NCBI GenBank assembly: GCA_032718475.1
Contig: JAUCBJ010000939.1
Span: forward strand, 1 to 54,585
Direction of reading: 5' to 3'
Length of the DNA: 54,585 bases
From: Nemertoderma westbladi
Taxonomy: Eukaryota; Animalia; Xenacoelomorpha
The translations under genes and the position numbers were made by a program. How positions within the stretch are numbered: position 1 is the stretch's first letter; every line of letters starts with the position of its first letter. Under the pieces are notes generated by a model that saw only the letters and a program-made list of their open reading frames with translations, made no database searches and was not told the DNA's origin. Of this stretch, positions 48,108-54,585 are shown in pieces.

Positions 48108-48535
48108 CTAATGATGCATTTCATAAAATATCTTCATAACGACAAAGGGTTTAATTAGTTAATGTAAATTAAAAGGTTTATTGTGAAATGTATATTAATA
48201 CTACTTAAGTGGTGTAACAGATGGTGGGACCATTTAGTTTGATTACCAGGTGAAATTGTTTTGGAAATGTGTTACATATGTCATATAATACCCATCAATA
48301 GTAACAATGTGTTGGCAAGCTGTATTTTTCGAGGTGTTTGTTATTATACATTTATTATAGGAAGGGATCTAGGGGTCTTAACCTCGAATGATAAGTTTAT
48401 TTTACCGAAAATAACTTATCTTTTTTGGCGCAATTGTGGGACTAATCCCATCACATGCGTACTTTTTAACCGGGTAGTGTACAAATTTAGGAATCGCGTA
48501 ATTTTTCTTGAAATTAATATCTCATATCTCTCCAA

Positions 48536-48578
48536 ACCACGTACGCGTTTCGACCTTACTGGGTCTCATCAGCGTGGT
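48536..48578 (-). ncRNA. Canonical minimal type I hammerhead ribozyme (first of 15 copies)
   Basis: Minus strand ACCACG-CTGATGA-GACC(CAGTAA)GGTC-GAAAC-GC-GTA^CGTGGT: full core, 6-bp stem I, 4-bp stem II, palindromic ACGCGT stem III. Confidence 0.92.
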
Positions 48579-48641
48579 GTCGGATTCGAACCTGGGACCT
48601 CGAGGAGGAAGCCGAGACTACAACCACTAGGCCACAGGTTC
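48575..48641 (-). promoter_or_regulatory. tRNA-like Pol III internal promoter directly upstream of the hammerhead (once per unit)
   Basis: A box TGGCCTAGTGG and B box GGTTCGAATCC at tRNA-like spacing; the following ACCA overlaps hammerhead stem I. Confidence 0.8.
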
Positions 48642-51600
48642 TTGAGATATGGAGTATTAATTTCAAAGCCAGCTGCCATTTTATTAGCCCCTGATTTTTT
48701 ATTATTGATAGTAACAATGTGTTGGCAAGCTGTATTTATCGAGGTGTTTGTTATTATACATTTATTATAGGAAGGGATCTAGGGGTCTTAACCTCGAATG
48801 ATAAGTTTATTTTACCGAAAATAACTTATATTTTATTGGCGCAATTGTAGGACTAATCCCATCACATGCGTACTTTTTAACCGGGTAGTGTACAAATTTA
48901 GGAATCGCGTAATTTTTCTTGAAATTAATATCTCATATCTCTCCAAACCACGTACGCGTTTCGACCTTACTGGGTCTCATCAGCGTGGTGTCGGATTCGA
49001 ACCTGGGACCTCGAGGAGGAAGCCGAGACTACAACCACTAGGCCACAGGTTCTTGAGATATGGAGTATTAATTTCAAAGCCAGCTGCCATTTTATTAGCC
49101 CCTGATTTTTTATTATTGATAGTAACAATGTGTTGGCAAGCTGTATTTATCGAGGTGTTTGTTATTATACATTTATTATAGGAAGGGATCTAGGGGTCTT
49201 AACCTCGAATGATAAGTTTATTTTACCGAAAATAACTTATATTTTATTGGCGCAATTGTAGGACTAATCCCATCACATGCGTACTTTTTAACCGGGTAGT
49301 GTACAAATTTAGGAATCGCGTAATTTTTCTTGAAATTAATATCTCATATCTCTCCAAACCACGTACGCGTTTCGACCTTACTGGGTCTCATCAGCGTGGT
49401 GTCGGATTCGAACCTGGGACCTCGAGGAGGAAGCCGAGACTACAACCACTAGGCCACAGGTTCTTGAGATATGGAGTATTAATTTCAAAGCCAGCTGCCA
49501 TTTTATTAGCCCCTGATTTTTTATTATTGATAGTAACAATGTGTTGGCAAGCTGTATTTATCGAGGTGTTTGTTATTATACATTTATTATAGGAAGGGAT
49601 CTAGGGGTCTTAACCTCGAATGATAAGTTTATTTTACCGAAAATAACTTATATTTTATTGGCGCAATTGTAGGACTAATCCCATCACATGCGTACTTTTT
49701 AACCGGGTAGTGTACAAATTTAGGAATCGCGTAATTTTTCTTGAAATTAATATCTCATATCTCTCCAAACCACGTACGCGTTTCGACCTTACTGGGTCTC
49801 ATCAGCGTGGTGTCGGATTCGAACCTGGGACCTCGAGGAGGAAGCCGAGACTACAACCACTAGGCCACAGGTTCTTGAGATATGGAGTATTAATTTCAAA
49901 GCCAGCTGCCATTTTATTAGCCCCTGATTTTTTATTATTGATAGTAACAATGTGTTGGCAAGCTGTATTTATCGAGGTGTTTGTTATTATACATTTATTA
50001 TAGGAAGGGATCTAGGGGTCTTAACCTCGAATGATAAGTTTATTTTACCGAAAATAACTTATATTTTATTGGCGCAATTGTAGGACTAATCCCATCACAT
50101 GCGTACTTTTTAACCGGGTAGTGTACAAATTTAGGAATCGCGTAATTTTTCTTGAAATTAATATCTCATATCTCTCCAAACCACGTACGCGTTTCGACCT
50201 TACTGGGTCTCATCAGCGTGGTGTCGGATTCGAACCTGGGACCTCGAGGAGGAAGCCGAGACTACAACCACTAGGCCACAGGTTCTTGAGATATGGAGTA
50301 TTAATTTCAAAGCCAGCTGCCATTTTATTAGCCCCTGATTTTTTATTATTGATAGTAACAATGTGTTGGCAAGCTGTATTTATCGAGGTGTTTGTTATTA
50401 TACATTTATTATAGGAAGGGATCTAGGGGTCTTAACCTCGAATGATAAGTTTATTTTACCGAAAATAACTTATATTTTATTGGCGCAATTGTAGGACTAA
50501 TCCCATCACATGCGTACTTTTTAACCGGGTAGTGTACAAATTTAGGAATCGCGTAATTTTTCTTGAAATTAATATCTCATATCTCTCCAAACCACGTACG
50601 CGTTTCGACCTTACTGGGTCTCATCAGCGTGGTGTCGGATTCGAACCTGGGACCTCGAGGAGGAAGCCGAGACTACAACCACTAGGCCACAGGTTCTTGA
50701 GATATGGAGTATTAATTTCAAAGCCAGCTGCCATTTTATTAGCCCCTGATTTTTTATTATTGATAGTAACAATGTGTTGGCAAGCTGTATTTATCGAGGT
50801 GTTTGTTATTATACATTTATTATAGGAAGGGATCTAGGGGTCTTAACCTCGAATGATAAGTTTATTTTACCGAAAATAACTTATATTTTATTGGCGCAAT
50901 TGTAGGACTAATCCCATCACATGCGTACTTTTTAACCGGGTAGTGTACAAATTTAGGAATCGCGTAATTTTTCTTGAAATTAATATCTCATATCTCTCCA
51001 AACCACGTACGCGTTTCGACCTTACTGGGTCTCATCAGCGTGGTGTCGGATTCGAACCTGGGACCTCGAGGAGGAAGCCGAGACTACAACCACTAGGCCA
51101 CAGGTTCTTGAGATATGGAGTATTAATTTCAAAGCCAGCTGCCATTTTATTAGCCCCTGATTTTTTATTATTGATAGTAACAATGTGTTGGCAAGCTGTA
51201 TTTATCGAGGTGTTTGTTATTATACATTTATTATAGGAAGGGATCTAGGGGTCTTAACCTCGAATGATAAGTTTATTTTACCGAAAATAACTTATATTTT
51301 ATTGGCGCAATTGTAGGACTAATCCCATCACATGCGTACTTTTTAACCGGGTAGTGTACAAATTTAGGAATCGCGTAATTTTTCTTGAAATTAATATCTC
51401 ATATCTCTCCAAACCACGTACGCGTTTCGACCTTACTGGGTCTCATCAGCGTGGTGTCGGATTCGAACCTGGGACCTCGAGGAGGAAGCCGAGACTACAA
51501 CCACTAGGCCACAGGTTCTTGAGATATGGAGTATTAATTTCAAAGCCAGCTGCCATTTTATTAGCCCCTGATTTTTTATTATTGATAGTAACAATGTGTT

Positions 51601-54585
51601 GGCAAGCTGTATTTATCGAGGTGTTTGTTATTATACATTTATTATAGGAAGGGATCTAGGGGTCTTAACCTCGAATGATAAGTTTATTTTACCGAAAATA
51701 ACTTATATTTTATTGGCGCAATTGTAGGACTAATCCCATCACATGCGTACTTTTTAACCGGGTAGTGTACAAATTTAGGAATCGCGTAATTTTTCTTGAA
51801 ATTAATATCTCATATCTCTCCAAACCACGTACGCGTTTCGACCTTACTGGGTCTCATCAGCGTGGTGTCGGATTCGAACCTGGGACCTCGAGGAGGAAGC
51901 CGAGACTACAACCACTAGGCCACAGGTTCTTGAGATATGGAGTATTAATTTCAAAGCCAGCTGCCATTTTATTAGCCCCTGATTTTTTATTATTGATAGT
52001 AACAATGTGTTGGCAAGCTGTATTTATCGAGGTGTTTGTTATTATACATTTATTATAGGAAGGGATCTAGGGGTCTTAACCTCGAATGATAAGTTTATTT
52101 TACCGAAAATAACTTATATTTTATTGGCGCAATTGTAGGACTAATCCCATCACATGCGTACTTTTTAACCGGGTAGTGTACAAATTTAGGAATCGCGTAA
52201 TTTTTCTTGAAATTAATATCTCATATCTCTCCAAACCACGTACGCGTTTCGACCTTACTGGGTCTCATCAGCGTGGTGTCGGATTCGAACCTGGGACCTC
52301 GAGGAGGAAGCCGAGACTACAACCACTAGGCCACAGGTTCTTGAGATATGGAGTATTAATTTCAAAGCCAGCTGCCATTTTATTAGCCCCTGATTTTTTA
52401 TTATTGATAGTAACAATGTGTTGGCAAGCTGTATTTATCGAGGTGTTTGTTATTATACATTTATTATAGGAAGGGATCTAGGGGTCTTAACCTCGAATGA
52501 TAAGTTTATTTTACCGAAAATAACTTATATTTTATTGGCGCAATTGTAGGACTAATCCCATCACATGCGTACTTTTTAACCGGGTAGTGTACAAATTTAG
52601 GAATCGCGTAATTTTTCTTGAAATTAATATCTCATATCTCTCCAAACCACGTACGCGTTTCGACCTTACTGGGTCTCATCAGCGTGGTGTCGGATTCGAA
52701 CCTGGGACCTCGAGGAGGAAGCCGAGACTACAACCACTAGGCCACAGGTTCTTGAGATATGGAGTATTAATTTCAAAGCCAGCTGCCATTTTATTAGCCC
52801 CTGATTTTTTATTATTGATAGTAACAATGTGTTGGCAAGCTGTATTTATCGAGGTGTTTGTTATTATACATTTATTATAGGAAGGGATCTAGGGGTCTTA
52901 ACCTCGAATGATAAGTTTATTTTACCGAAAATAACTTATATTTTATTGGCGCAATTGTAGGACTAATCCCATCACATGCGTACTTTTTAACCGGGTAGTG
53001 TACAAATTTAGGAATCGCGTAATTTTTCTTGAAATTAATATCTCATATCTCTCCAAACCACGTACGCGTTTCGACCTTACTGGGTCTCATCAGCGTGGTG
53101 TCGGATTCGAACCTGGGACCTCGAGGAGGAAGCCGAGACTACAACCACTAGGCCACAGGTTCTTGAGATATGGAGTATTAATTTCAAAGCCAGCTGCCAT
53201 TTTATTAGCCCCTGATTTTTTATTATTGATAGTAACAATGTGTTGGCAAGCTGTATTTATCGAGGTGTTTGTTATTATACATTTATTATAGGAAGGGATC
53301 TAGGGGTCTTAACCTCGAATGATAAGTTTATTTTACCGAAAATAACTTATATTTTATTGGCGCAATTGTAGGACTAATCCCATCACATGCGTACTTTTTA
53401 ACCGGGTAGTGTACAAATTTAGGAATCGCGTAATTTTTCTTGAAATTAATATCTCATATCTCTCCAAACCACGTACGCGTTTCGACCTTACTGGGTCTCA
53501 TCAGCGTGGTGTCGGATTCGAACCTGGGACCTCGAGGAGGAAGCCGAGACTACAACCACTAGGCCACAGGTTCTTGAGATATGGAGTATTAATTTCAAAG
53601 CCAGCTGCCATTTTATTAGCCCCTGATTTTTTATTATTGATAGTAACAATGTGTTGGCAAGCTGTATTTATCGAGGTGTTTGTTATTATACATGGATCTA
53701 GGGGTCTTAACCTCGAATGATAAGTTTATTTTACCGAAAATAACTTATATTTTATTGGCGCAATTGTAGGACTAATCCCATCACATGCGTACTTTTTAAC
53801 CGGGTAGTGTACAAATTTAGGAATCGCGTAATTTTTCTTGAAATTAATATCTCATATCTCTCCAAACCACGTACGCGTTTCGACCTTACTGGGTCTCATC
53901 AGCGTGGTGTCGGATTCGAACCTGGGACCTCGAGGAGGAAGCCGAGACTACAACCACTAGGCCACAGGTTCTTGAGATATGGAGTATTAATTTCAAAGCC
54001 AGCTGCCATTTTATTAGCCCCTGATTTTTTATTATTGATAGTAACAATGTGTTGGCAAGCTGTATTTATCGAGGTGTTTGTTATTATACATTTATTATAG
54101 GAAGGGATCTAGGGGTCTTAACCTCGAATGATAAGTTTATTTTACCGAAAATAACTTATATTTTATTGGCGCAATTGTAGGACTAATCCCATCACATGCG
54201 TACTTTTTAACCGGGTAGTGTACAAATTTAGGAATCGCGTAATTTTTCTTGAAATTAATATCTCATATCTCTCCAAACCACGTACGCGTTTCGACCTTAC
54301 TGGGTCTCATCAGCGTGGTGTCGGATTCGAACCTGGGACCTCGAGGAGGAAGCCGAGACTACAACCACTAGGCCACAGGTTCTTGAGATATGGAGTATTA
54401 ATTTCAAAGCCAGCTGCCATTTTATTAGCCCCTGATTTTTTATTATTGATAGTAACAATGTGTTGGCAAGCTGTATTTATCGAGGTGTTTGTTATTATAC
54501 ATTTATTATAGGAAGGGATCTAGGGGTCTTAACCTCGAATGATAAGTTTATTTTACCGAAAATAACTTATATTTTATTGGCGCAA

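Larger units (their letters stand above)
48298..54585 (-). repeat. 411-bp satellite (at least 15 near-identical units) carrying a tRNA-like promoter and a hammerhead ribozyme
   Basis: Exact 411-bp period, except one 398-bp unit with a 13-bp deletion near 53693; continues to the window end. Confidence 0.95.

Noticed and set aside
48261-54511. Repeated 97-aa plus-strand ORFs
   Set aside because: Non-ATG starts, no recognisable motif, and antisense to the tRNA-like/hammerhead cassette; a by-product of the satellite.
48298-54585. CRISPR array or true tRNA gene cluster
   Set aside because: No variable spacers, and the tRNA-like part lacks proper acceptor and T-stem pairing.

Overview
Eukaryotic, probably invertebrate, repeat-rich window. 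1-4 kb is a truncated BEL/Pao Gag-protease copy, cut off by a 2.7-unit head-to-tail array (4017-bp unit, 4069-14851) of a Neptune-like Penelope retroelement. The Penelope ORF carries an intact-looking Ulp1/C48 SUMO-protease domain, preceded by SIM-like repeats and followed by RT and GIY-YIG. Each unit has a minimal variant hammerhead ribozyme. 16523-27562 is a complete non-autonomous BEL/Pao element (1192-bp LTRs, ATAAC TSD, no RT or integrase core, decayed extra ORF), inserted in reverse orientation into the 3' LTR of an older relative (15872-33866). From 38160 lie four exons of an amphiphysin/BIN1-like N-BAR gene. Downstream of exon 4 are a G-rich tract, a 30-bp minisatellite, MITEs and a 411-bp satellite running to the window end. 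Each satellite unit carries, on the minus strand, a tRNA-like Pol III promoter fused to a canonical hammerhead ribozyme (retrozyme-like). All calls come from reading motifs by eye; no database searches were run.
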